A stretch of DNA of 64,000 nt from Bdellovibrionales bacterium (GCA_965217115.1 OZ244239.1:640001-704000); one strand, 5' to 3'; shown: positions 50,307 to 61,721, numbered from the stretch's first letter. A program made the numbers and translations. The notes: generated by a model not told the origin, from the letters alone.

Positions 50307-51560
50307 TTACGAATGACGATGACCGACATCGGTTCTCTTCTGCAAGCCTTGCCAAGATACTTTCTCAGACAAAGCATAGGCTTTTTCCGATGCCTCTTTT
50401 GCAGTAGACCCTAAGCCAACCGCATTAAGCACTCTTCCACCACAAGTAACCCAACCAACATCACTCTTACGAGTTCCTCCATGGAGAAAATAACTAGATG
50501 GAGTCTGTTCAAAAAGGTTCCCCTTTATCTTTAAATCTTTTACTGGGCTCTCAGGATAACCTGGAGAAGCAAGAACAACACAGGCCGTGTGCAAAAAACG
50601 CCAACTCATTTGCGGCATTTCACCCTTTGCCACAGCTCTTAAAACCTCACCCCAGTCTCCATTTAAAAGAGGAAACATCACCTGCGCCTCAGGATCACCA
50701 AAACGACAATTAAACTCGATCACCTGTGGCCCTGATTCAGTAATCATCAAACCAATATAAAGTACTCCACGATATATTATACCTCTTCGCGAAAGTTCCT
50801 GAAAAACTGGTTCGATGATCTCTGTCTCTATTTGTGAACGCAAAGATTCTGAAATTCCTAAAGGCGCAACCGTTCCCATACCGCCTGTATTCGGACCCTT
50901 GTCTCCATCGGCTAGTCTCTTGTGATCCTGAGCCAATGGCATTGAAACATATTCTCTGCCATTTGTTAAAACATGAAAACTTAACTCCCAACCTTCTTGA
51001 AACTGTTCAAGCAAAGCACGCTGACCAGCTCTACCAAATCTGTTTTTCACAAAAAACTCATCAGCATTTTTAAAAAGCTCTTCCGGCGTTTCGCAAATAA
51101 CAACGCCCTTACCCCCTGCCAAACCATCTGCCTTTAAAACATAAGGTGGCTCAAAATGAATGTAAGCATCTTTTACTTCATCCACTGAAGAGACTTCCTT
51201 AAAACTCGCCGTCGGCACTCCTGCTGCCTGCATAAATTCTTTTGAGAAAATCTTACTTCCTTCTAATTTTGCTCCCTCTTTAGAAGGCCCAAAAACCAAG
51301 ACACCTTTTATTCGTAAAATATCAGCCAAACCATAAACCAATGGGTCCTCAGGGCCAATAACAACCAACTCAATTTCATTTCTTTTAATAAACCCTAAAA
51401 GTTTATCTTCGTTCTTCCAATCTAACTTATGGCACAAAATAATCTCAGCCATGCCGTCGTTACCTGGTATCGCATGCACTTGAGTCACTGAAGGTGATTC
51501 ATTCAAAGATCTCACAAGGGCATGTTCTCTCCCTCCCTGACCAATCACTAATACATTCAT
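50307..51560 (-). CDS. purD: Phosphoribosylamine--glycine ligase
   Basis: G.GGREHAL, GPE.PL, KADGLA.GKGV, QDHKR..DGD.GPNTGGMG, EFNCRFGDPE. Confidence 0.97.
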   Translation of the reverse strand: MNVLVIGQGGREHALVRSLNESPSVTQVHAIPGNDGMAEIILCHKLDWKNEDKLLGFIKRNEIELVVIGPEDPLVYGLADILRIKGVLVFGPSKEGAKLEGSKIFSKEFMQAAGVPTASFKEVSSVDEVKDAYIHFEPPYVLKADGLAGGKGVVICETPEELFKNADEFFVKNRFGRAGQRALLEQFQEGWELSFHVLTNGREYVSMPLAQDHKRLADGDKGPNTGGMGTVAPLGISESLRSQIETEIIEPVFQELSRRGIIYRGVLYIGLMITESGPQVIEFNCRFGDPEAQVMFPLLNGDWGEVLRAVAKGEMPQMSWRFLHTACVVLASPGYPESPVKDLKIKGNLFEQTPSSYFLHGGTRKSDVGWVTCGGRVLNAVGLGSTAKEASEKAYALSEKVSWQGLQKRTDVGHRHS

Positions 51561-52846
51561 GTGCGACTCATCTTGTTTAACAGATTTTTAGCTCTATCAT
51601 AATTATCTGGAGAGACATAGAGGCGACTAATAATTCGAGTCTCTTCGTATTTTTGAAAAATCTGTGTGCATTTTTCTATTGGCTCTGGCTCACTCCAATG
51701 ATCATACTGATCAACAACATAAATAATATCACTCTGATGAGTCGGCAGCGTAGAATGATACTTAGATAAACGAACTTTTGAAGATGCTGCGATACTATGA
51801 ATTCCCTCTTCTTTAAGATTCTCTTTGATCTTTCGTATACGCCCACCCTCTTTCAACATATGAAGCTCTATCAAAACACGATAGGGTCTACGTTGACTGA
51901 TCGCCTTAGCCCAAGGATTTTCCTGTTTTGCCAAATGTTGATAGAGAGCATAGTCCGTACACAAAGTGTACTTCTCAATCTCTGGTGGTAGAAAGAATTT
52001 ACAATCATCAGATTTAAGATAACGCATCAACATCTCTTCATAAATAATACTCTTATGATGAAAGTAAACCATCAAATGCATATGATGACGTGAAATAAGA
52101 AAGTCATCGAATGTGTACAAAGCTCTTCTATTTAAAGCTAAAAATAAATCATTCTCAACTTGATGATAAGTCAAATTGGACAGAAGCCAATTTTGTTCAA
52201 TATGGCCGTAATTTGTTCCACAAAAGAAAGCATCTCTCTCCAAATAATCCATACGATCCACATCAAGTTCAGAACTAACAATTTGACTTAAAATAGGACG
52301 GAAGTTCATGCCATTATCGATAAAAAAGTCATCTGGGCACTCAAGTTCTCGATCTATCAAACAGGCAATATACATGGGGTCTAGATCAGGAAACTCTGCT
52401 CTCAACACCTCGGTTAAAAATGAATCAGTAATATACTTAATCGTATAATCTTCATGGGTCGCTTGGCGATCCTCGTCCTTTTTCAAACCGTAGGCCCCTA
52501 CACAGAGCTTAAATAATTGCGGCATGACCTCTTCGGTCGCATGACTAAGAGGTCCATGCCCTATATCGTGGAGCAAAGCTCCCAGTCGTAGACACTGACG
52601 AAAACGAATACGAACGTCATTACTCGTAAAAGGATAGGCATCGAAAATCACATCAAATGCACGACCTGCCAGATGTGCAACACCAATAGAATGAATATAA
52701 CGATTATGAGTTCCACCGGGGAAACTAAACTCTGAAAACCCTAACTGCTTAATCGTACGCAATTTCTGATACTCAGCCGTATCAATCACCGCAACTTCTT
52801 GGGAAGACAAAGGAATTGAACCATGAATGGGATCGCGTATTTCCAT
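51557..52846 (-). CDS. HD-domain phosphohydrolase (dNTPase/SAMHD1-like)
   Basis: RDPIHG, IKQLG, H.R..HS.G, LLHDIGHGPLSH, DVDRMDYL.RD. Confidence 0.9.
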   Translation of the reverse strand: MEIRDPIHGSIPLSSQEVAVIDTAEYQKLRTIKQLGFSEFSFPGGTHNRYIHSIGVAHLAGRAFDVIFDAYPFTSNDVRIRFRQCLRLGALLHDIGHGPLSHATEEVMPQLFKLCVGAYGLKKDEDRQATHEDYTIKYITDSFLTEVLRAEFPDLDPMYIACLIDRELECPDDFFIDNGMNFRPILSQIVSSELDVDRMDYLERDAFFCGTNYGHIEQNWLLSNLTYHQVENDLFLALNRRALYTFDDFLISRHHMHLMVYFHHKSIIYEEMLMRYLKSDDCKFFLPPEIEKYTLCTDYALYQHLAKQENPWAKAISQRRPYRVLIELHMLKEGGRIRKIKENLKEEGIHSIAASSKVRLSKYHSTLPTHQSDIIYVVDQYDHWSEPEPIEKCTQIFQKYEETRIISRLYVSPDNYDRAKNLLNKMSRT

Positions 52847-53017
52847 GATAAACAAACTTCTAACCCGTATCTTTAATAAGGACAAGAGTGAAAGCATCCT
52901 GAGTGATTACAACAAAATAACGCAACGAATTATGTGGCTAGAATTTTTATTCTCCTCTACTATGTTGAGCTGTTACCAAATGGCTAGATTCAAGGCACAA
53001 AGAGCCAAGGAAGAATT

Positions 53018-53812
53018 ATGGAAAACTACCATCAACTTATGAAAAAGATTCTCAATGATGGCCTCAAGAAGGAGGATCGCACAGGAACTGGAACTCTTTC
53101 CCTCTTCGGGCACCAAATGCGTTTTGATTTAGAATCTGGTTTTCCTCTCGTGACCACAAAAAAATGTCATCTCCGCTCCATCATTTACGAACTTCTGTGG
53201 TTCCTCAAGGGGGACACCAACATCAAGTATCTCAACGATAACAAAGTTAATATATGGAATGAATGGGCCGATGATAATGGAGACCTCGGACCTGTCTACG
53301 GAGAGCAATGGCGCTCCTGGAAAACTTCAGACGAAAAAACAATCGATCAAATACAGAACGTCATCAACTCTATAAAAAACACCCCCAACTCTCGTCGTCA
53401 CCTCATTGTTGCTTACAACCCTGGAGTTGTCGATAAAATGGCTCTACCACCTTGCCATTCTTTCTTTCAATTCTACGTCGCTAACGATAAACTCTCATGT
53501 CAACTCTACCAGAGGAGCGCCGATGTTTTTCTCGGAGTTCCCTTTAACATTGCCAGCTACTCTCTGCTCACGATGATGGTCGCCCAGGTTTGTAATTTAA
53601 AACTCGGTGATTTCGTCCATACTTTTGGTGATGCTCATCTCTATCTCAATCATCTCGAACAAACTCAATTACAACTTTCACGCAACATCCGTCCCCTTCC
53701 CAAGATGGAAATCAACCCAGAAGTTAAAGATATTTTTGATTTCAATTTTGAAGACTTTAACCTTGTCGGTTATGACCCTCACCCAGCCATTAAGGCGGAG
53801 GTTGCTATATGA
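53018..53812 (+). CDS. thyA: Thymidylate synthase
   Basis: [34 protein letters not shown]. Confidence 0.98.
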   Translation: MENYHQLMKKILNDGLKKEDRTGTGTLSLFGHQMRFDLESGFPLVTTKKCHLRSIIYELLWFLKGDTNIKYLNDNKVNIWNEWADDNGDLGPVYGEQWRSWKTSDEKTIDQIQNVINSIKNTPNSRRHLIVAYNPGVVDKMALPPCHSFFQFYVANDKLSCQLYQRSADVFLGVPFNIASYSLLTMMVAQVCNLKLGDFVHTFGDAHLYLNHLEQTQLQLSRNIRPLPKMEINPEVKDIFDFNFEDFNLVGYDPHPAIKAEVAI

Positions 53813-54300
53813 TTCTTTCCCATATTGTTGCTACAAGTGAAAACCGAGTCATTGGCAAAAGCGGAGAACTGCCATGGCATATTCCAGAAGATCTAAAGTT
53901 TTTTAAAGAAAAAACCAATGGCCACATTCTTATCATGGGCCGTAAAACTTTTGAATCGATAAAAAAACCACTCCCAAATCGCTTTCATATTGTTATCACT
54001 CGTAATAGTAACTATCAATACGATCATCCAATGGTCTCTGTTGTCTCTTCCTTAAAGGATGCCTACGCTCAATCTGATAAGCTCACTGATAAGTATGGCA
54101 AAGAGATTTTTATCGTCGGTGGAGGAGAAATCTATAAACAATCCCTGCCAGACATCCACCGTATCTATCTCACCCTCATACATGAGAAAATCACAGGAGA
54201 TACTTTCTATCCTGATATTGATTTTTCTAACTACACTCAAATGAGATCAGATAGATCAGAATTTCCTGTTCCACATACCTATAAAACATTTCATCTTTAA
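53809..54300 (+). CDS. folA: Dihydrofolate reductase
   Basis: IG...[31 protein letters not shown]. Confidence 0.96.
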   Translation: MILSHIVATSENRVIGKSGELPWHIPEDLKFFKEKTNGHILIMGRKTFESIKKPLPNRFHIVITRNSNYQYDHPMVSVVSSLKDAYAQSDKLTDKYGKEIFIVGGGEIYKQSLPDIHRIYLTLIHEKITGDTFYPDIDFSNYTQMRSDRSEFPVPHTYKTFHL

Positions 54301-54367
54301 ATGTTGATAAATCGTACAAAGCATTGAATAGTTATAGCCATAACCATTCAATGCTCTTGGAGTTTAT

Positions 54368-55834
54368 ATGTTTTCGAAACCCATATTTATTATTATTACT
54401 GCATTTAGTCTAATTATCTCCTATTCGGACTCTTCGTACTCATCCCCAAATAATCATACTCTCCAAATAAGTCGAGATCATAAAACTAATACAGATTATT
54501 TCCTTATTTCATACAAAGAAAAAAACCTTTGGTTCCTTGATTTTTACCAAGTCCCTGACAATCAATTACAAAAAAGACTCTGGCAAAAAATATTTCAGAC
54601 TAAAAAGGATATGGAAGAGAGTATTGGCCATCTAAAGAAAAAAATCTCAACTCCTTTTACCCCATTCAATAAAAAATCACTTGCTTTGCGTAAATCAATA
54701 CAGAGTGAAAGTACAAAAACTATATGGTCTGCCAAAAATCATTGGACTTGGGATTGGGAAAAGAAATACTCTTCTTGGGTTAAAACCAATGTCGACGCAG
54801 ATTTTTTTATAACTTACAACATCGCCACTGATTGTGCAGATGTCATTTTTGCACTACGATGGATTTTTGCGCGTATAAACTCCCTACCTATTGCTAGCTC
54901 GTTAGCTGGTACAGGAGCTATCTTTTCCAACGAGTCCACTAAAAAAAGTTGGCAACACCTCAAACGACACGAAAACTGGTGGCAAGATTCTCTTTTTCTC
55001 AAAGCTTTAGAATATATTCTTAACAACACCTACACACATACCCTCTGGCAAGACAGCTACCCTACTACGATTAATTCAAAAACCTTTCTCTCTGGCAGTT
55101 GGTTCCTAGAAAAATATGGAAGCTCTGGACACGCTAGCATTGTCCAATCTATTGACCGCTTAACCCCCTACTTTAATATCACCCTCATCAGTTCCAGCGT
55201 CCCTCGACAAGTAAAATCTTTGCTTGAACAGTCTTTTTCGCGTAAAAACCAACCCTCTCCCACCAAATCTGGTTTCCTGCGTATGCGCTGGCCACGGAAA
55301 GATGACTCTAACCTTTGGACCCTTGTTGAAGCTAAAAGCATGGTTCACTATTCAAAAGAACAGTATCTCCCTGAATTCATGTCTCACCTTTCCTCTTTTA
55401 ATTTAGCTGTACTAAAGAATATCGGCTCTGAAGTTCCCACTCCTCTACAAAGGTTCAATAGAATTGCAAGAAACATCTATCTCTATATGTTTGATAGAGC
55501 TAAAACCGTAGAGCAGGGACATGAATATTGTGTTGTTAAAAACAATGACTGCAGTAAGGGCTCTTGGGGATGGTTTTCATGGAGCACCCCTTCTAGAGAT
55601 GGGAGTATCAGTACTAGCATAGCCAACCTATTAGAGATATACAATGGTCATGATCTTCAAAAATCATGGTCAGATTTCCTTACCTGGCCTTTTAAAATTG
55701 AAACCTCAAATCATTACTACGAGACAAATATGGGGCATCTTATTCACTCATTCCTCGAAAGAGAAACCTCTTACAATCCTAATGATTCTATTGAGCAACG
55801 ATGGAATCTCGACCCCTTAGAGCGTTCGTTCTAA
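54368..55834 (+). CDS. Hypothetical secreted Trp-rich protein, possibly a Cys-His hydrolase
   Basis: Signal peptide; W...W...WE..Y..W, TDCAD.....RWIFAR, SGHA, STPSRD. Confidence 0.7.
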   Translation: MFSKPIFIIITAFSLIISYSDSSYSSPNNHTLQISRDHKTNTDYFLISYKEKNLWFLDFYQVPDNQLQKRLWQKIFQTKKDMEESIGHLKKKISTPFTPFNKKSLALRKSIQSESTKTIWSAKNHWTWDWEKKYSSWVKTNVDADFFITYNIATDCADVIFALRWIFARINSLPIASSLAGTGAIFSNESTKKSWQHLKRHENWWQDSLFLKALEYILNNTYTHTLWQDSYPTTINSKTFLSGSWFLEKYGSSGHASIVQSIDRLTPYFNITLISSSVPRQVKSLLEQSFSRKNQPSPTKSGFLRMRWPRKDDSNLWTLVEAKSMVHYSKEQYLPEFMSHLSSFNLAVLKNIGSEVPTPLQRFNRIARNIYLYMFDRAKTVEQGHEYCVVKNNDCSKGSWGWFSWSTPSRDGSISTSIANLLEIYNGHDLQKSWSDFLTWPFKIETSNHYYETNMGHLIHSFLERETSYNPNDSIEQRWNLDPLERSF

Positions 55835-55877
55835 GAATAAAAAACCTAATGACTTTTTTCTAGAAATACGGAGGCTT

Positions 55878-57548
55878 TTATTTTCTAATATAGTGGGTAA
55901 ATGCCACCAAACCAAAAAAAGCTGCTATGCCGTAACCAACCCAAGCTATCAATGGAATATCTAACCACTTCATTCCAACCTGAGCTTGCACTAAAACTGA
56001 AGACCCTAAAAGCAAGCTTCCAATCACCAATCCTAAAAAGACAAGACTCGAAGATCTTTCAACTTCTCTCTGTAGTCCCTTAACTTCATCCACACGCAAT
56101 CTAAAAATATGCTCTGGACTATTCACCTTTCTCATAAAATGCTTCAATTGACGAGGCAACGAATACAACAATGACGTTGATTCTCGAATAAGCATTGAAA
56201 ACTCTTTGCCCATTTTTTCTTTATCATAACGATGCTTAACCATCTCTCCTGCAAAATCTAATGCCAAAGCAAGAAAATCAAAATCTTTTTTAATCAAATG
56301 CCCCACACTCTCTAAAGACATCAAAGATCTAAAAAAGAGTAGCAACTCTGACGGGAGAACCAACCCATATTTTGACGTCGCCACAGCTGTATCGAGCAAC
56401 AATCGACCCATATTGAAATTCTTTAGTGTCAACCCATAATAGGGCGCAATAATTCCACGCAAATCTCTAGCCAATAAATCCAAATCAACTTTTTCACTAA
56501 ATGGTGCTAGCTCTACATACTCGTAGGCCAAACGATCATAATCTTCACTGGAAATCGCAACCAACATATTTGCAATCGCTTTCTGAGTTTTAATATTCAA
56601 TCTACCTACAACACCAAAATCAATTAAGCCAATCTGACTTCCAGGTAAAACAAAAAGATTCCCTGCATGCATGTCGCCATGAAAGAGTCCATCTCTAAAA
56701 ACCATCTCCATAAAATTACGGATCACCGTAGCAAGTAACTGATCTCGATCTCCATCGTAAATATCCCAATCTTTTTCTTTCATTTGGTTCAATGATGTCC
56801 CAGAAAAAAATTCTAAAACCATCACTTTTTCTGTGTTTAAATCCATAAAAATCTGAGGGATTTTAATTTCAAGAGTATCTGAGAAATTATCTTGAAAACG
56901 ACGGACGTTATTCGCCTCAACTACAAAATTAGTTTCTAACTGTAACGTCCTAAAAAACTCATCGACAATCGCCAGTGGGCTGTAAGCACGGCTCTCTGGT
57001 ATATATTTCTCTAACAATTCTGCCAATAAATAGAGCACTCCTAAATCTCCATTGATCGTTTCAACGATACCTGGTCTTTGCACTTTTATGACTACACTCT
57101 CTCCGTTGATCAGAGTTGCCCTATGCACTTGAGCAATACTCGCAGCCCCTAACGGCTTCTCTTCTACATGGGAAAATATTTGATTTATTGCTCCTAATTC
57201 ACTCTCAATAACTTCATGTATATTTGTAAAAGGCTCTTCTTGGACTCGATCATGCAAGTTTTTGAATTCTTCAATAAAATTCTCTGGAAGAAGATCAGGA
57301 CGAGTTGCCAGAAGTTGACCCAGTTTTACAAAAGTTGGCCCTAACTCTTCAAAACTCATTCTCACTCTTTCTGCCATAGTGTACTGCTCTAAATTTAAAA
57401 CTGACCGCCCAGATATAAAACGTTCTAGTTTCATCTTAACAGCTAAATTCTGAAATCCATGGCGCGCAAAAACAACCACAATCGTTTTTAACCTTCCTGC
57501 ATTTCTCCATGTTTTACCAATCTGCTTTCCTGTTTCTAAAAACTTCAC
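55878..57548 (-). CDS. ubiB: AarF/UbiB (ABC1) family atypical kinase
   Basis: LGPTFVKLGQ, AASIAQVH.A, KVQRPG, FHGD.H.GN, DFG.VG. Confidence 0.9.
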   Translation of the reverse strand: MKFLETGKQIGKTWRNAGRLKTIVVVFARHGFQNLAVKMKLERFISGRSVLNLEQYTMAERVRMSFEELGPTFVKLGQLLATRPDLLPENFIEEFKNLHDRVQEEPFTNIHEVIESELGAINQIFSHVEEKPLGAASIAQVHRATLINGESVVIKVQRPGIVETINGDLGVLYLLAELLEKYIPESRAYSPLAIVDEFFRTLQLETNFVVEANNVRRFQDNFSDTLEIKIPQIFMDLNTEKVMVLEFFSGTSLNQMKEKDWDIYDGDRDQLLATVIRNFMEMVFRDGLFHGDMHAGNLFVLPGSQIGLIDFGVVGRLNIKTQKAIANMLVAISSEDYDRLAYEYVELAPFSEKVDLDLLARDLRGIIAPYYGLTLKNFNMGRLLLDTAVATSKYGLVLPSELLLFFRSLMSLESVGHLIKKDFDFLALALDFAGEMVKHRYDKEKMGKEFSMLIRESTSLLYSLPRQLKHFMRKVNSPEHIFRLRVDEVKGLQREVERSSSLVFLGLVIGSLLLGSSVLVQAQVGMKWLDIPLIAWVGYGIAAFFGLVAFTHYIRK

Positions 57549-57553
57549 TTAAA

Positions 57554-59710
57554 TCACCTTCTTGATTTTTTAGATTTCCCAGTTTTTTTTCTAGCGTTTC
57601 TATTCTGGCTATCCTTTCTTTTCTTTTTCTTTCTTTTTGGGTTTTCTTCGCTCTCTCTATCTGATTTATTTTTTCTCAAGACATTATCTACAAAATCACT
57701 CAAAGATTTTGTTTTTTTATCTCTTCTACCATCCTCTTTGTTTTTTCCTGCCTTCTTCTTATGAGGCTGCCTATTCTCTTGAGAGGCTAAAACAAAATTA
57801 ATTTTACCATCTTCCACATTTACATTTTCAACTCGAATGCGCATTGACTGGCCTATCTCATAAGTTCTCGATGTTTTTTTGCCTACTAACTTCAAATAAT
57901 CTGGATCAAACTCAAAAGGCTCATGTCCTAAATTCTCCAGATGAACCAGACCATCCACATCAAACTCACGCAAGAGGACAAAAATACCAAACTTTGCCAC
58001 CGAACTGATAATACCATCAAATTCCTGACCTATCATGCCACTCATAAACCGCGCTCTTTTAATCGAAGAGAGCTGTCTCTCCGCCTTCACCGATCTTTGC
58101 TCACAAGAGCTCAACATTTGCCCCGCTGTCGCCAAGTCACCCTCAGCTAACAATCGATAACCATCGCCTTTAACGACTAAATTTTTTAACAAGCGGTGTA
58201 CAATCAGATCGGAATAACGACGAATAGGAGATGTAAAATGAGTATAATTCTCAAACCCTAAACCAAAATGACCTACATTCTCGTTAGAGTAAACTGCCTG
58301 ATTCATCGAACGCAAAGTTAAAATACTCAAGATTTCAGATTTAGGATCTCCAGAAAAATCCTGCAGAGCTTGAGTTAATTTTTTTTGTAAAGACCCCCCC
58401 GACAAACTTCCTTTGCCTCCAAAATTATGAATAAACTGAGTCAATTTAAGAATATTTTCAGGATCAGGTTTTTCATGAATTCGGTAAATCCCAGGTATTT
58501 CTTTTTTTATAAAAAACTCTGCCACAGCAACATTTGCCATCAACATCATTTCCTCTATTAAACGATGGGCAAAAAGACGTGTCGATTTAATAATATCTAT
58601 TGGTATGCCCCCACCATCAACAATCACTTCTGTCTCAGACATATTTAAATCTAATGACCCATTCTCTAAACGACGGGCCATAAGTATTTTTGCCAACTCC
58701 GCGGCCAATAAAATATTATCCTTTACATGTTTATGCTTCTCAACTTCCTGAGCATCAACAATATCCTGCGCCTCTCCGTAGGTCACACGAGATTTGCTTT
58801 CAATAACAGCTTCATAAAATTGAGAACGTAATAACTCCCCCTTAAGAGATAGCTGCATTTCTGCTACCATCGCCAAACGTGGAACATGAGGTTTCAAAGA
58901 GCACAATCCATTGCTTAGAACCTCTGGTAACATTGGCACCACATAATTAGGAAAGTAACTGCTATTCCCCCTCTCATAGGCTTCTTTATCTATCGCGCTT
59001 CCCTCTTTAACATAATAAGCAACGTCAGCAATCGCCACCCATAGATTAAAATTTTCTTTATTTGATTCTACATAAATAGCATCATCAAAATCCTTAGCCG
59101 TAATTCCATCAATAGTTATAAAATTTAATTTTCTTAGATCTTTACGATTCTGAAAATCCTTGGGATCAACCTCTTCTATAAAATTCTTAGCCTGTTTTTC
59201 GACTTCCGCAGGAAACTCATAAGGTATGTCATGGGTATGAATAACTCGACGAATATCGTTAATTGGATCAAGGGCTTCACCAATCACTTCCACAACAACC
59301 CCTGTAAATCTCTTGCCTCGATCGGGAAAAGTTCTTATCTCTACAGCGACAAGATTCCCTTCCTTCGCTTCCATGACATCGTGTGCTTTAATTAAAAGGT
59401 CCTGTCCCCAACCATTTCCCTCATCAGGAACAATCCCTCCACCCGACGCCAGAGGATGAAAACGCCCTAAGACTCTGCTCCTAGATCTTTCAATAATCTT
59501 AACAATACGCCCACGAAAACGATTGCCACCTTTTTCAGGAAACACTTCCACAAGGACTTTATCATTGGTCATAATCCCCGTCATTTTGGGACGAGGTATG
59601 AAAGCATCAGATTTTGTCTTGTCATCTGGTATAAAAAAACCATAACCATCAGGGTGTCGTTTTACAATTCCAGGTAAATAAGGCGATCGATTCATACTTT
59701 GCTGTCCCAC
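57554..59710 (-). CDS. rnr: Ribonuclease R
   Basis: H.DGYGF, TIDG.TAKDFDDA, HFTSPIRRY.DL, S1 domain, Lys/Arg-rich tail. Confidence 0.95.
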   Translation of the reverse strand: MGQQSMNRSPYLPGIVKRHPDGYGFFIPDDKTKSDAFIPRPKMTGIMTNDKVLVEVFPEKGGNRFRGRIVKIIERSRSRVLGRFHPLASGGGIVPDEGNGWGQDLLIKAHDVMEAKEGNLVAVEIRTFPDRGKRFTGVVVEVIGEALDPINDIRRVIHTHDIPYEFPAEVEKQAKNFIEEVDPKDFQNRKDLRKLNFITIDGITAKDFDDAIYVESNKENFNLWVAIADVAYYVKEGSAIDKEAYERGNSSYFPNYVVPMLPEVLSNGLCSLKPHVPRLAMVAEMQLSLKGELLRSQFYEAVIESKSRVTYGEAQDIVDAQEVEKHKHVKDNILLAAELAKILMARRLENGSLDLNMSETEVIVDGGGIPIDIIKSTRLFAHRLIEEMMLMANVAVAEFFIKKEIPGIYRIHEKPDPENILKLTQFIHNFGGKGSLSGGSLQKKLTQALQDFSGDPKSEILSILTLRSMNQAVYSNENVGHFGLGFENYTHFTSPIRRYSDLIVHRLLKNLVVKGDGYRLLAEGDLATAGQMLSSCEQRSVKAERQLSSIKRARFMSGMIGQEFDGIISSVAKFGIFVLLREFDVDGLVHLENLGHEPFEFDPDYLKLVGKKTSRTYEIGQSMRIRVENVNVEDGKINFVLASQENRQPHKKKAGKNKEDGRRDKKTKSLSDFVDNVLRKNKSDRESEENPKRKKKKRKDSQNRNARKKTGKSKKSRR

Positions 59711-59966
59711 TGTAATTTACAGACTATAGTATGAGTTTTCATAGAAGGCGACCTATATTAGCTGTAACCGTTCAAACGGGTTTTTTTAGTTTTCGCTCGA
59801 ACAGCTATAATTTAGAGCTATCTGCGATGCGTTATCTCCGAAGAGGCGAAGCCTCCCCATTTCAAAACACCGACCTTGGTCTAGTATTTGACCTATATCC
59901 CTATCTATCACTCCACTGTTAATTGTTCATTCGCTACTCTAAAAAAAACGTCTCAAGGAGTCAGGT

Positions 59967-60641
59967 ATGAAAAATTTATTTATCGCTTTAATAACTGTTT
60001 TTTCAGTTTTGCTATCAACAGCATACGGCACATCTTTCATGGAAAGAGATCCTCTTGGTGAAAATGCTCACTATGAATTAGTCCGTGGAGACCGCACAAC
60101 AGGCCTCATCAAAAAAGGAATATTTGATGCTGAAATCCTCGAATACAATCCAGATACAGCCGATGGCCCCATATATATTGCAAGTTTAAAATACGATATA
60201 AAAGCGACCTTTATTGGTCGTCATAAAGGAGAACTAAGAATCGATATTCCTTTTGAGTATTTTTCACCTGAATTCATTCTTCGACTACGAAAAGAAACAA
60301 CCATTAAAACTCCCAAATTCACAGTCACTCATTTAGGCTACGACGATGCTGAAACAAAAAATGGTCAATCTTACGAGAATTGCGACAAATTAAAAATCTA
60401 TAATATCAAAATATCTGAAGAAGAAAATAATATCTTTGTTAATATCCTCAAGTCTATCGTCTCAGGAGTGGTCACTTCGGAGGCGAATAACCTTCAAGAC
60501 AACCAAATTAAAGATCTTGAAATTGTCGCTCTACGCGCAGAAGAAATTCCTGTCCTAGGTGCTGTACAGCTCGATGTTAAAGGGAAAATCCGAGGGTATC
60601 GTTTCAAAGCTGGCCTTGATTACACCCCCAATGAAGAATAG
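59967..60641 (+). CDS. Hypothetical secreted protein
   Basis: AGGAG RBS and a signal peptide; no family recognised. Confidence 0.75.
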   Translation: MKNLFIALITVFSVLLSTAYGTSFMERDPLGENAHYELVRGDRTTGLIKKGIFDAEILEYNPDTADGPIYIASLKYDIKATFIGRHKGELRIDIPFEYFSPEFILRLRKETTIKTPKFTVTHLGYDDAETKNGQSYENCDKLKIYNIKISEEENNIFVNILKSIVSGVVTSEANNLQDNQIKDLEIVALRAEEIPVLGAVQLDVKGKIRGYRFKAGLDYTPNEE

Positions 60642-60767
60642 GGTGAATTTTTAGTATCAATCATAAGTTTCCCTCTGTTGCTTTATGATAAGATGGCTGT
60701 TATACAGCCTCTTCAGCAAGTCTTTATCTAATATATAATGTAACAATAATTCTAAGAGGAAAAAAAT

Positions 60768-61721
60768 ATGTCTGACACTCGTAAAGTTCCCGAATTAAGC
60801 CTAATGTCCTACATCAAGGGTTCTGATGACGATAAAAAAATATTCAGCCAACAGTTTTATCATGCCCTTTCTAATTATGGCTTTATCATACTTAAAGACC
60901 ATCCTATCTCGACTTCTCTCTTAGAAAAAAACTACGCCCTATGTAGAGAGCTTTTTGACCTCCCTCTTGCAACAAAGGAAAAGTACATTCTAGAGAAGGG
61001 TGCTGGACAAAGAGGATACACGAGATTTGGAAAAGAAAGCGCAAAAAATTCTGATGTTATGGACCTTAAAGAATTCTGGCATATAGGCCCTCAATTTTCT
61101 AAAGAGAGTAAGCTGTCAAAGGTTTATCCTGATAATATTTGGCCCGAAGAAATTAAAGAGTTTCAGCAAACTTATTTAAAAATATATCAGGAATTAGAAA
61201 AAACAGGGAAAATTATGTTAGAGGCACTCGGCATGGCGTTAGATGTGCCCAAGGATTTCTTTGATAAAATGATCACGGAGGGCAATTCCATAATAAGGCT
61301 TCTGCATTACCCTCCTATTCCTGAAAATGTAGACCCTAAATGCATACGTGCTGCCGCACATGAAGACATCAACCTCATAACCATACTCGCTAGTGCCACC
61401 TCATCAGGTCTACAACTCAAAGACCACGACGGGCAATGGCTAGATGTTCAAGGCGACCCCCATAGCCTTATTATTGACGCTGGTGATATGCTCGCGCGCA
61501 TCACCAACGATGTTATACCAGCCACCACTCACCGTGTAATCAATCCTGATGATGGAGAAAATACGAGCCGTTACTCTATGCCCTTTTTTATCCATCCACA
61601 TAAAGATGTTATTTTATCTTGTCTTGATTCTTGTCGAGGTGATGGTCCTAAATACACAGATATTTCTTCCCATGATTTTCTCATGGAAAGAATTAGTGAG
61701 TTAGGATTAGATAAAAAATAA
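60768..61721 (+). CDS. 2-oxoglutarate/Fe(II) oxygenase, isopenicillin N synthase family
   Basis: RGY, DLKE, RLLHYPP, HEDINLIT, T.HRV, RYS.PFF.HP. Confidence 0.92.
   Translation: MSDTRKVPELSLMSYIKGSDDDKKIFSQQFYHALSNYGFIILKDHPISTSLLEKNYALCRELFDLPLATKEKYILEKGAGQRGYTRFGKESAKNSDVMDLKEFWHIGPQFSKESKLSKVYPDNIWPEEIKEFQQTYLKIYQELEKTGKIMLEALGMALDVPKDFFDKMITEGNSIIRLLHYPPIPENVDPKCIRAAAHEDINLITILASATSSGLQLKDHDGQWLDVQGDPHSLIIDAGDMLARITNDVIPATTHRVINPDDGENTSRYSMPFFIHPHKDVILSCLDSCRGDGPKYTDISSHDFLMERISELGLDKK

Noticed and set aside
59731..59922. 63-aa ORF and the TAGCTGT/ACAGCTA inverted repeat in the rnr divergent intergenic region
   Set aside because: The ORF lacks an RBS and homology cues; the helices are short enough to arise by chance.
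60768..61721. The IPNS-family oxygenase as part of a beta-lactam or RiPP cluster
   Set aside because: It is isolated, has no NRPS or tailoring neighbours, lies about 19 kb from the rSAM locus, and stand-alone members of this family are widespread.
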